64,000 nt of DNA from Lytechinus pictus (Eukaryota). Position 1 is the stretch's first letter. Every line of letters begins with the position of its first letter. The notes below the pieces were generated by a model. It ran no database searches and was not told where the DNA came from. It saw nothing but the letters and a program-made list of their open reading frames with translations. The stretch covers positions 5,706,001 to 5,770,000 of the forward strand of contig NC_087251.1 of NCBI RefSeq assembly GCF_037042905.1. The letters are read 5' to 3'. The translations under genes were made by a program, and so were the position numbers. Shown piece after piece: positions 1 through 12,060 of this stretch.

Positions 1-1605
1 TTCTTTTAACATTGTTCTGTTTGGGGTTCTATTCTGAAATTCTTCCCATTATTTTGTGAATGTTACAGCAGATTTCCTCAGAATTTGTTGCTCAGTATTG
101 TTCATAAGACAGTTAATTTATGGAAATCTGCATCTTTATCATGGAATACATCTGAACTTGACAAATACCTAATCCTTCTTTAAAGAAAATGCATGGAAGT
201 GGAGTAGACATCAGTGCAATTTGAAATTCATGAATTCAAAAGTTATTCAGAGTTTTTTACACTTATTCCAGTGCACCTTCATTCATTTTGCCTATTCAGT
301 TTTTCTTAGTCAAAAGTCAGTCACAAAATTAAAATGGCTAAGACAAGACAGCTTTCTTTGGAAACACGTCAGTCAATCGTAGTTTTGAGGAAAGAAGGTT
401 ACTCCATGCGAGAAATAGCCGGGAAACTCAAGATCAGTATCCATGCTGTTCACTACAGCCTGAAACGCAAAGAGGCCACTGGGTCTAATGGGGACAGGAG
501 ACGAAGTGGTAGGCCAAAAACAACATCTCCTGCTGAAGATAAATACATTCGGGTGAGCAGTCTGCGCAACCGTTGTCTGACTTGCCCACAGATTACAGCT
601 GACCTCAACAACACCCGTGAGATGCCTGTATGTTCTTCAACTGTTAGAAACATCTCTGTGGAGCAGGGCTGATGGGCCGTGTGGCTTCAAGGAAACCTCT
701 CCTCAAAGAAAAGAACCGGAAGAAAAGGCTTGCTTGGGCTAGGAAGCATAAAGACTGGTCTTTGGAGCAGTGGCAGAAGGTTCTTTGGTCTGACGAATCA
801 AAGTTCGATGTGTTTGGCAGCAAGCGACGTACCTATGTGGGACGGCGAAAGGGAGAAAAGATGCTGGGCCCAGTGCATCAAGCCAACTGTGAAACATGGT
901 GGTGGTAATGTCATGGTATGGGGTTGCTTTGGTGCAGGAAAGGTAGGCAGCTTGCACAGTGTAGAGGGTATCCTCAACCAGAACGGCTATCATTCAATCC
1001 TACAGCGGAAGGCCATCCCTTCAGGGAAACGCCTGATCGGAGGATTCGTTTTCCAGCAGGACAATGACCCAAAACACACGTCAAGACTATGCAAAGAATA
1101 CTTGAAGAAAAAGGAAGAGAAACAAGTCCTGGAAATCATGGATTGGCCGCCCCAGTCCCCAGATTTCAATCCCATCGAGCTGCTTTGGGAAGAACTAGAC
1201 AGGAAGGTTCGAGAAACTTGCCCAACAAGTGAGACTCATCTGTGTTTTCCATATCAGTGAAACACTGAGTATTGTTTAATTTTATTTTTGTGTCTGACTT
1301 CTGACTAGGAAAAGGAAAAATGAATGAAGTTGCACATGTATTAGTGTAAAAGCTCTGAATAACTGCAATAACTGCATGTAATAAAAGAAGTTAGCATTTT
1401 GAGAGAATGCCATCTTGACTGGTAGCCAGCCATTTAAGAGAGTATAAATTTGTTTGAATCAATATCAAAATTTACACTGCTGTATATAATCTTCACTTTA
1501 AAACAAAAATTCAACTGTGCTATGAGCCTGAATATCAATAAAGTCTACCAAGTATAGAAAAGCACACACTGAATGCAGGTGTTCCCAAACTTTTGGAGGG
1601 GAGTG
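1..1605 (+). mobile_element. Tc1/mariner DNA transposon (DD38E type); left end lies outside the window
   Basis: Transposase remnant at 334-1260. The right end reads ...GTGTTCCCAAACTTTTGGAGGGGAGTG (to 1605) followed by TA; its reverse complement CACTCCCCTCCAAAAGTTTGGGAACAC is Tc1-like. Confidence 0.9.
334..1260 (+). pseudogene. Tc1-like transposase pseudogene with two frameshifts and a C-terminal truncation
   Basis: Three ORF pieces join into a paired-like HTH N-terminus with GRPK, then WSDESKF, TVKHGGGNVMVWGCF, FQQDNDPKH and WPPQSPDFNPIELLW. Frameshifts lie near 649 and 867. Homology is lost after PTSETHL. Confidence 0.95.
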
Positions 1606-2132
1606 TAAATCGGGGCCGGACAAGAATAAACGGCGCCATCTGGTAATAAATCGGCGCCTGTAAAGAAAAATCGGCGCTGCCTGAGTTCGTAACCGGCGCC
1701 GATCAAGGATAATCAGCGCCACCTATATCTAAATCGGGGCTGATCAAGAATAATCAGCGCCATCTGGTTATAAATCGGCGCTGCCTGAGTCTTAACCGGC
1801 GCCGATCAAGTATAATCAGCTCCACCTAAATCTAAATCGGCGCCGGACAAGAATAATCAGCACCACCTGGTTAAGAATCGGCGCCAGTCAAGAATAATCG
1901 ACGCCTCCTGGTCCTAAATCGGGACCAGTCAATTATGAATTGCCGCTGCCTGAATCTTACGTGACGTCGGTAAAAATAATCAGCACTACTTGTTCTAAAT
2001 CGGCGCCGGTCAAGAATAATCAGCGTCCCCTGGTTCCAATAAATAGGCGCCGGTAGAATAATGAAGAAGGGCCTATTGCCAACCAAATCTAGATTCGGCG
2101 CCGGTCAAGAATGATCAGCGGCACCTGGTTAT
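1606..2132. repeat. Degenerate ~39-40 bp tandem repeat (consensus like TAAATCGGCGCCGGTCAAGAATAATCAGCGCCACCTGGT)
   Basis: About a dozen imperfect units begin directly at the TA flanking the Tc1 right end. Confidence 0.85.
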
Positions 2133-2479
2133 ACATTTTATTGTTGAATGGTCATAACAAAGGTTATCGCATGCCCTTAAAGAGTGGACTGGGGCGGGGC
2201 AGTTGCCCACAGAAGACAGATGTCATGAAATCTTTAATTTATTTAAAAAATCCCAGAATCATACAAAAGCGTAGAGCAAATCCTTTAATTTTGATCTTAT
2301 TTTCCAATGCTTTAATAAAAAGAAGGTCAGTCACTTTTCTTCTTTACACATTCCACATTGTGCCACCTCTATGGCCTTTAGTTTAAGACAGCTGCTATAG
2401 TGTTTTATGAAGATGATTCGATATTTTAGCCCAAAACTTTGCTAAAACCCGTTGCTAGTACCGGGAGTGTATAATTGCG

Positions 2480-3216
2480 CAACCAGTCGTATATTGAGAT
2501 TGAGCTACACAACTCGTTCTTTATTTAAAATCGTGCTTAAATTATCCGCTTCTCAGATTGGAATATAACAATTTTCAGCTCGCGCTTCGCGCTCGCATTA
2601 TTTCTGTAGCAAAACCCCATACTTTTTATGATTAAATAGGTGAATAGAATGTCCCTTTTTCAGGACTAAACGTCAAAAGAACTCCCGCTTCGATTTGCAA
2701 TAATCTTTTGCTGGATATAATCTTGTTCTTTATTACAAACGTCCATTAAACTGTCTTTTTTTTTTCAGATCGAAATATCAAAATTTTAAGCTCGCGCTTC
2801 GCGCTCGCATCTATTGTTTTTTTAGATACCCATCTTAATCATTGGTACCAAAAATGCATAGAATATCAAGCTTTCTGGTCAGAATATAAAGAAATTTCAG
2901 CTCGCCCTCGGCACTTGCATTATCTGTGTAGTGAGATATGTATCCTCCTCATGAGTTACTACAAACAGTCCTAAACAGGCACCTTTTTCCTGTCTTCAGG
3001 TCAGTATACTAAAAAATTTCAGCTCGCGCTTCGCGCTCGCATTAATTTGTTGGTGAGATATGTGTTTCTATCTCATGAGTCATATAAATATATATATATG
3101 CATATGTGTGTGTGTGTTTGTGTGAGTTTATTTGTTTTGTGTGATATCGAGCGCCTTTGGAAAGTTGATTCATGATTTTGCCCCCCAAATCTTAAAAAAA
3201 AGGATCGACGCCCCTG
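2480..3216 (+). mobile_element. Left-truncated non-autonomous hAT-like element, same family as 35655-36428
   Basis: Colinear similarity to 35780-36428; ends in the same right TIR GGATCGACGCCCCTG. Confidence 0.75.
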
Positions 3217-4444
3217 TGTATATATATATATATATACATATAGTAAAAAAAACTTGTATCTCCATTAATATACAAAAGTATTGGCCTCATCGCAATAAAA
3301 GGGTTAATACACGAGAGTTTGAAATCGCACATAACATGCATAATTTGTGTTACTTTTTGCTTGTTTCTTTCTTTAATATGTTTTAGAAAGATTATATGTT
3401 TAAATTGATGTATATTTCTGTTATAATGAGATATGTTTAAGTGGACTTCAGGGAATGGTCGTACGCAGCAAGGGGGAAGGGGGGGGCACATTCGCGATCT
3501 GCTGTTGTGAAAAACAATTTTTTTTTTCCTTAACATTTCATGAAAACTATGAAAAATGTGCAAATGTGAGATGTGCACCAAATTTTCGAGTCTTGCCCCC
3601 CCCCCCCGGAAATATTATCTGCGTGTGGTCATGCAAAATGGCATGACTGGAAATCCTACATTTTGAAAAGAGCATTTGACAGGGTCAGACTTTACCCCTT
3701 TTTCAACATTTTCTTTTATGGCGCCGGTGAAGTGCAAAAATATGTGCGCCGCTCGGCAGTGCGCCCCCCCTTTCGCCAAAAGCTGGATCCGCCTATGCGT
3801 CTCTTGCATACATGAAAATGGGAAACGATGTTTTTTCCCGAAATGAATTATGACGAAATCAATATTAAAGAGAAGTACATGGTCGAAATAACCTGCTTAA
3901 ACACGGGCACAGCTACAAGATAGAAGTAAGAAGCAGCAGTAGCATTCAGGGGCGTCGCTAGGCCTTTTCCAGATTACCGACAAATATCAGTACCGATTAC
4001 TGACGTCCCGCGACCATGAATCTTGTACGTGTTCTCTTTAGTCACATTTTCTTTCGTCACGCCAAGGAGCAGCTCCAGCTTTCATAATGGGGGGGGGGAT
4101 ATTTTCATCCGCGTTTCCACGTCGCGGCCGCCAAAATCTGTGGGTTTTTTTAAGAATTAGTCCTTACTAAATTTTCATTCTTAGAAGCAAGATAAGGTAT
4201 TTTATGTGACCTGGATATAAGTTACTATGCGAGCGCAAAGCGCGGGCTAAATTTTTTGTATATTTTATATACTTAGACCTTAAAATTGAATATTGTGACC
4301 ACTTTTGTTTTCATAAACTAGAGGGGTATCTAACTAAACGATCCATGTGAGCGCAAATTGCGAGCAAAGATTAGTTGAAGACTGTTTGCAGTGAACCGTG
4401 AAATAATAAAATTTTCACCCATCCAAAAATGCGAGCGCGAAGCG

Positions 4445-4622
4445 TTGTGGGCGTTATGGCGTGCGCCTGTAATCCAAGCTATGTGGGGAAGTTACAAATT
4501 GATGCAGAGGTTCGAGCCCTGGTCACGTCTTTCGAATGGTGACGTTAAAGGTCGGTCCCAGACGTAAATAATCATATCTGATTGAAACACGTCTGACAAA
4601 ACTAAAATACACACACACACAC
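4445..4622 (+). mobile_element. SINE with 7SL/Alu-like head, B-box, Deu/Nin-like core and (CA)n tail
   Basis: Head GGGCGTTATGGCGTGCGCCTGTAATCCAAGCTA; B-box GGTTCGAGCCC at 4509-4519; core GTCTTTCGAATGGTGACGTTAAAGGTCGGTCCC; tail (AC)n. It splits a host GCGAGCGCGAAGCG/CG(C)TAGCTGAAAAT motif. Confidence 0.75.
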
Positions 4623-6165
4623 GCTAGCTGAAAATGTCATATTTTTACCTGAAAACTCGATTGTAACCATGAAGAGGATAGATACATTAACCAAACAATC
4701 GTTGCGAGCGCGAAGCGTGAGTTGAAAATTTTGATTCCGACCAGAAAACTTGACATTCTAAGGACTTTTTGTAAGAACAATGTGTGTATAACTAGACATT
4801 TCATGCTAGCGCGAGCTAAAAAAATTTAATTAAGTGTTCTGGAAAGGACATGTTGATTAATTGTTTGCAGTGACTCATTAATAGAATACATTTCTTACTA
4901 ATCAAATAGAGCGAGCGCAAAGCACGAGCTGTAAAAAAATATATTTCGACCAGAAAATTTGACTGTAATCATGAAGAGGATGGATATAATAACCAAACAA
5001 TTGATGCGAGCACAAAGCGCGAGCTGAAAATCTTGATTTCCGACCAGAAAACTGGACATTCTAAGCACTTTTGCACGAACAATATGCGTATAACAATTCA
5101 TGCAAGCGCTAGCTGATATTTTCAACTAACTGTTTTGAAAAGTACATGTTTTTTAACTGTTTACAGTCATGATACATTTTCACTAATTATATAGAGCGAG
5201 CGCGAAGCGCGAGCTGAAATTTTTTGATATTTTAACTTGAAAACTAAAAATATTACACGTTTTTACTTTTCAACAAACTTAGTTTCTGCATCTGTAATTG
5301 AACAAGCTGTGTACCTTAAAAAAAATAATGCGAGCGTGAAGCGCGAGTTGAAATTATCGGTTTATTACTGACCCGAAAGTTAAATTTTATGCACTGTCCA
5401 ACATGAACGAAACTTGTGGAGAGAATATTGATCTCACTGAATATATGATAAGAGCGCGAAGCGCAAGCTGAAAATTTGGAGACCTAGACTTTAAACCGGG
5501 CCATTTTTATCACTGTCGGTTAAGCGCGAGCTGACATCTTTTGATATTTTTATTTTTTTAAAATTAACATTTTGACTTAAAACTTAATAGTTTTACACCT
5601 TTTTTTATAAAAAGAACAAACTCTAGTGCGGCATTTGCAATTTAACAACCTGTGTATCTTAATGCGAGCGCGAGCGGAAATTTTCGATATTCTGGGGGAG
5701 AATTTAAGCACTGTCCAACATGAAGGGAAAATGTGGAGAGGATATATGGATCTCACTATGCGAGCGCGAAGCGCCAGCTTAGCTTTTAATGTGGATTTAG
5801 GCCGAAAAAACAGACATTTGAAGCGATATGACCTTAAACAGGATGGATATTTTAACAAAAAATATATTACTATATGATGCTAACGCGAACCGTGAGCTGA
5901 TTTTTTTCGATATGAAAAATGGATTACTAAGCCAAATTAAAGACATTGGATATCCAATGAAACAATGCGAGCTGAAATTTTTTTTATTAAGACCTGAAAA
6001 TTTGACATTTTGAGAAGGATGTTTTTCATGAAGATCAAGATATAACTATGTAGACCTATCTCAATAAACAGTTATTACGAGCGCAAAGTGGAAGCTGATT
6101 TTTTTTTATCTAGACTTTAAAAAGGTAACACGCTTTTTGCACTTCTTGTAATAATGGAAACGAAG

Positions 6166-8164
6166 CATAGGCGGATCAAGGGGGGCCCGAGGGGCCCGGT
6201 CCCCCCCCCCCCCTTATTGGCGGAGAAAACAAAAGGAAAGAAAAAAAAGGGAAAAGAGAGGAGAAAAAAAAGAAGAGGAGTAAGACGAGTGAACAAAAAC
6301 AGAGATTAAAATGAGGAGAAGACTTGGAAAATAAAAATAATCTTTCATGTCACTATATAAAATTTTCGATCGCGCTTCGCGCTCGCATTGCCTGTTAGGT
6401 GATTAACATAACTTGTTCAATATGGAGCTTAAATATCAAGTTTGGAAGTCAATAATTATACAAAACATATTTCACCTCGGAAATCGAACTTTCATTATTT
6501 TTGGTGATTTACAAATTGATTTTTATAAAGTGCTCTGTAAAAATGTCAGTTTTATGGTCTGAATATTAAAATCTTCTGCTCGCGCTGCGCGCTTGCAAAT
6601 TTTGATTTATCAGGTACTTATTATTTTCATGTATTCCATAAAGTTTTCAAAATATCCCTTTTCATGTCTGATTGTCAAAACGTATCAGCTAGCGCTGCAC
6701 GCTCGCATTTTGATTGGCGAGTTATGTCAATATTGATTACACAACAAACTACTTAAAATCCCCTTTTCATGACAGTTTATCAAAAATTTCGGCTCACGAT
6801 TTGCACTCGCATTAATTCCACGCCCTCATTATGCATTAATAAATAAGATATAAATATAAATTGTCCCTTTTGTTTCATCTCGCGCTTAGCAAGAGGAATA
6901 GAAAGATAGTCATCATTTTCATATGATGACATGTCATAAGAATGTCCCGGTTCTATGTCGAAAGTAATAATAATGAAAAATATCAGCTCTTTATTAATTT
7001 TCCTACAAAGTGCTTGAAATATAGAGCTGAAATTGACCCTTTGTTAGATCGGAATATCACATATCTTATGCTCGCGCTTCGAGCTCGATTTGATTTTCAT
7101 GATTAAAGATGTATTTAGAATGCCTAGATTCTAGGATTAAATCTGAAACACGCGCGTACATCTGCTCGCGCTTTGTGCTCGCATTATTAATGTTGGAAGA
7201 TCCCCTATTACTCATCATTTTCATGATTTACTAACAATGAATAGAGTGTCCCGTTTTTACTACATGTAGGTCTAAATCTCGAATTTTTCCGCTCGCGCTT
7301 TGCGCTCGCATCAATTGTTTAGTTATATAGCTATCTTGTTCACGATTACAAATATTGATTAAAATTTTCAATTCTTTTTCTAGAAATGTCAAAAATTTTC
7401 AGCTCGCGCTACGCGTTCGCATTATTTGATTGTTGATATATTTAACGTCTTCATGGCCAAGTGCAAGCAGTCCTTAACAGGTATAGGCTTACATTTTCCT
7501 TTAGTTCAAAACGTATATACAAATTTTCTGCTCGCGCTCGCATTATAATGTAAGGAAGAACCCCAATCATTCATCTTTTCATTATTTACAAAACATGAAT
7601 AGAGTGTTTCGTTTTTAGGTCTAGATCTCGAAATTTTCGTCGCATCAATAATATTGTTAAGTTATATACCTATTCTGTTTAATTTACAAAAAGTGCATAG
7701 AATTTCGATTCTTTAGGTAAAAGTGTCAAAATATTTCAGCTCGCGCCTGGCGCTCGCATTATTTGATTATTGAAATATGTAACGTCTTCATGGCTAACTG
7801 CAAGAAGTGGGTATAGGCCTATACATTTCAATCAGTTCAAAACGTGTATCAACAATTTCTGCTCGCGCTTTGCAATCGTAGTATAGTTGCATACACATCT
7901 TTTCCAGGATAACAAACATTGCCTAGAATTTCCAAATTTTAGGAAAAAATACATAAAATAAAAATTTGCTCGCGCTTCGCGCTCGCATTGCTTGTATATT
8001 AATAAGGATTATGATATATGTTGATTTATAAGAATAAAACTAAGAAGTAACTATTAGGACTATCCCTTCAAAGAAAAAAAATCATGTTCGAGCGGCCGAT
8101 CGGGGAAAATATGGCTGAAAAAAGTTCCGGGCCCCCCTATTGGCGAAGGCTGGATCCGCCCCTG
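6166..8164. mobile_element. Non-autonomous hAT-like element with 5-bp flanking duplication, nested in 3947-9737
   Basis: Ends CATAGGCGGATC and GATCCGCCCCTG, both flanked by CGAAG. Its internal GCTCGCGCTTCGCGCTCGCA array is in the opposite orientation to the host. Confidence 0.75.
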
Positions 8165-8726
8165 CGAAGGGTATCATGCTCAACAATTTTTGATATTCAG
8201 ACTCGATCAAAACTGGACGTTGTGAAACGTTTTTCAATAGGTCTAAAGAAAAAACTTTGTATCTCAATAGATGATGTGAGCGCATAGCGCGAGCTGATGT
8301 TCTTACTGACCCTCTGTGGAACCTTTTAAGCGCTGTCCAAGACGTACGAATATTGTGAAGATGATATGGATCTCACTAAATGAATGATGCGAAGTGCGAG
8401 TCAATTTTTTTTGCGATTTGAAACTACAACCGGGCCATTTTAACTACTGTCGGTAAAAGCGCGCGTGACTTTTTAGGCGATGTATACTATAAAATCGGGA
8501 CATCTAATCACTGTCGGTAGATGAAGCCCTTGGGAACAGCCCTGGATGACCCGACATTTACATTCTATTTACTGTCGGTACATGAGGCAGTTGGAAAATT
8601 CCAGCGTGACCAGACAGTTTATAATTTTTTTGACAGGTGTCGACCTCACTAAATGAATAATGCGAGCGCGAAGCGCGAGCTGAAAAATAATTGGCGATTT
8701 AGACCTACAACCGGGCCATTCTAATC

Positions 8727-9299
8727 CGCATACATTCGTAATTCCGAAGCTTCGTTATTCCGAAGGTTCGGATATTCCGAAGGTTCGTTATTCCGAAGGT
8801 TCGTATTTCCGAAGGTTCGTAATTCCGAAGGTTCGTTAGTCCGAAAACGAAATGAGGTTCGTCATTCCGAAGGTTCGTTAGTCCGAAAACGAAGTGAGGT
8901 TCGTAATTCCGAAGGTTCGTTAATCCGAAAACGAAATGAGGTTCGTAATTCCGAAGGTTCGTTAGTCCGAAAACTAATGATTAACGAACCTTATTTCGTT
9001 TTCGGACTAACGAACCTTCGGAACAACGAACCTTATTTCGTTTTCGGATTAACGAACCTTCGGAACAACGAACCTTATTTCGTTTTCGGAATGACGAACC
9101 TTCGGAACATCGAACCTTATTTCGTTTTCGGATTATCGAACCTTCGGAATAACGCCACAAATGTTCGGATTAACGAACCCTTTTATGTTTTCGGATTAAC
9201 GAACATCGAGGTATAGGCAATTTACGTGTTTCGGAATTACGAACCGTCGGAATAAAGAACCTTCGGAATTACGAACCTTAGGAATTACGAAGTGTAACC
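8727..9299. mobile_element. Foldback-type palindromic element built of short tandem subrepeats
   Basis: Left arm (TTCCGAAGGTTCG..)n and right arm (CGAACCTTCGGAA..)n, with the switch near 8975. Flanks TTCTAATC and TTTTAATC match 7/8. It interrupts a host unit seen intact near 8430. Confidence 0.8.
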
Positions 9300-12060
9300 T
9301 TTTAATCACTGTCGGTACAAAGCGCGCGTCCCCTTTTTAGGCGATTAAGACTGAAAATCGGTAAATTCTAATCACTGTCGGTAGATGAAGCCGTTGGAAC
9401 AGCCATAGGTGACCCGACAGTTTATCATTTTCCGACAGGCGTCGGTCCAACAGCCCTTGCTTTCCCTTTTGTCTTTCCTTCTCTCTCTCTCTCCCTCTCT
9501 CTCTCTCTCTTTCTCTTTCCTTTTTTTTATTTCTCTTTTTTCTCTCCTTTTTTTTTCTTCCTTCTTTTTTCCTTCCTTCTTTTTCCCTCCATCTTTTCCC
9601 TTCCTTCTGTTTTCCCTCTCTTCTCCTTTCTTTCATTTTTTTCCCGACGGGAGCGCAGATTTACCGACGATATCCAGAGTAGTGGGGGGTGGGGTTGTTG
9701 CACCCCCACCCCCCCCCCCCCTTTAGCGACGGCCCTGATAGCATCAATGAAAAAAGATGACACTTTATTTAATTAGAATATCAGGACAGGGTGGCTGATG
9801 TCTGCTCCAGTTCCCGCGCTAAAATCTAGGCCAACCAGGCAGACAATCAACAAAAAACTAGGTCATCATTATAATGACCATATTGCAAGAGCACATCTTA
9901 TAGATTATCTCCAAGAAGATGGTTCGTTCGGGATCACATTGTACTTTGGTTAAAAGACCTCACTTGCAAAAAGTTTAACACCGACTCTAAAACATATAAA
10001 GTAAAGTTAGTTACTTAAAATCAATTCATAGTCCATTCATGGACGATGATAATGTGGATTATTTTTTTTTTCATATTACTTCATGTACTGTGGCAGGTAT
10101 ACATTCTCCTCATTTTAAAAGCTTGGAGATCTCTTTTCTACCTCCATGGTAAAAGGGGCAACTGTGTGACATTCGACTCGATTTATAAACTGTGGAATTC
10201 GTAATTTTCAAATAGCAAACCCATGCAAATTGTCATGTCAAATGGTATACAGAAAATCATATAATGTTACCCCAGATAATAGTATCCTTTGATTCAAGAT
10301 ACGATGCCCCCCGCCCTCTTCTCCTCCCCTCTCTCCTCTTCTTTTTTTTCTCTTCTCATCAGTCTTTTTCATTTTCTGATATTGGTCATGAAGATCATTT
10401 GCAGATAATTTTAGAAATTTAAGTGTGGTACACAATCACTGTTGTTGATCCCCCCATGACACCCACTGCGAATATGACCTAGTTATTAACGCGAAAAATA
10501 GAAGTAAGATGTTACATCGTCATACTCCAATTAACTTTTATAATTTGCTGTAATCGTTCAATGATGCAATCATGAGGCAAGCATGTTAACTCTGTAATAT
10601 TGGTCATGTCCGAGCTATTGTTTTTTTTTACAAGTTAGAAGTTACCTCTGTCAATAATTTTATAACTTCTCGATAACACAATCTGTCCAAATAAACCCAG
10701 TTTAACAAGTGTTGCCATTATTTTGATAGAAATTTTGGGAACTAATCATTTCATGACAAAGCATCGTTATTTTCATTTTTTATTTTTTGGGGCATTTTCG
10801 GCAACTGCGGATTGAGGAGTCGAGAAGCCACACCCCCAAACATCCTTTTTGACAAAATTTCTTGTGAACAATGATCTCCATAAGTTAATCTTAACCACCC
10901 CCCGCGCGTTCGCTCCCAAATGACTGGGTGTCGAAGACGGGGGTGTCTAGCAATGTTTCTGATGGGGGGGCAAAAATGAAAAATGTCCTCAAATTAAATT
11001 AAGATACAGACCTTCGCACGCAAAGTGAGCCAAAAAAAGAATTGTGTAAGTTTAGTCGTATTTACTTAAAACAAGTTTTGTGTTTTTACAGTGCTTTGCG
11101 ATTCTTTCCGTAAAAATTATTTGCATTGTATTTTTTTTTTATTTGTCAAAATTATGGGGGGGGGGCAATTTGATATGTTTACCCCCCCCCCCCCCAGTAT
11201 TTGAAGCTCCAAAAAGAGCTAAATCCACTTTTAGTGTTTTTCTGTAAATCAAGGTTTTTCAATTCACCACTTTCCCTTATCCACGGCTGTTTTATTTTGA
11301 TATATATGATGTGCTATTATCTTAGATTAATCAAATCTTGTTTTTTTAAATCTAGCTAAATCTCCAAAAATTCGACTAAAATAGTAAAATTATGTTGTTT
11401 TCATAAAATTTGGAATAAAACTCAAATTTGCAATCAATATTTACCAATCTTTCCAATTTTTTTTCAAAGGCGATATGGTGCATTTGATTCCCAGGTCTAA
11501 GTACATATACCTATTTATATTTAAAAAAACAAATTTCGGTCAAAACTGGATTTAGATCCTTTGGAATCAAGCTATTCATTTTCAATGTACTTTTAAAATA
11601 TCACATTTAACAAGGAAATCATTATGATTCACAAATACACTAATATAGATTGAATGAATGATATTTGATATGAAAAACGTGCAGTTGAAAGTAGAGGTAA
11701 AAATAAATAAAAAGATAAATAACAAAGTATTGTACACTGTAAAACGGTTTTTGAATTTAGATTTGCATATAATCGTACCCTGTAAAAAATTATTGGGTAA
11801 AATTTTAACCAGCACGAGGGTAATTATGTGACCAACCAATTTTGGGCAGTATTTTACCCAATGCGGGAAGCATATTGTCGAGTAAGGTTGAGAAATAAGC
11901 TGCAATTACTTTAGAATGGGTGAAAATTTCATCACACTGCATGGATAAATAAAAACGCCCAAAAGAAATACCCAATGTTGGTTGGACACATAATAACCAT
12001 CATGGAGCATAAGACTTAGTAGGGCGGTATTCTAATTGGGTTTTACGAGTAATTTCCTAG

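Larger units (their letters stand above)
3947..9737. mobile_element. Large non-autonomous hAT-like element hosting nested insertions
   Basis: TIRs CAGGGGCGTCGCTA and TAGCGACGGCCCTG match 13/14. Flanks GTAGCATT and ATAGCATC match 6/8, consistent with a decayed 8-bp TSD. The interior is an array of GCGAGCGCGAAGCGCGAGC units. Confidence 0.75.

Noticed and set aside
4445..4500. Functional 7SL gene or human Alu contamination
   Set aside because: Similarity stops after ~45 nt, there is no S domain or Alu dimer/A-tail, and it is embedded in native repeats with a non-Alu core.
6370..7990. Conserved ~20-bp repeats separated by variable spacers, superficially CRISPR-like
   Set aside because: Eukaryotic context, no cas genes, spacers ~90-110 bp and mutually related, repeats degenerate, and the array lies inside TIR/TSD-bounded elements.
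8977..9216. ORF with repeated NNEPYFVFGLTNLR
   Set aside because: In-frame read-through of the 36-bp subrepeat of the foldback element.
9337..9763. K/E/R-rich and F/S/L-rich ORFs
   Set aside because: Translation of a polypyrimidine tract in a TE subterminal region.
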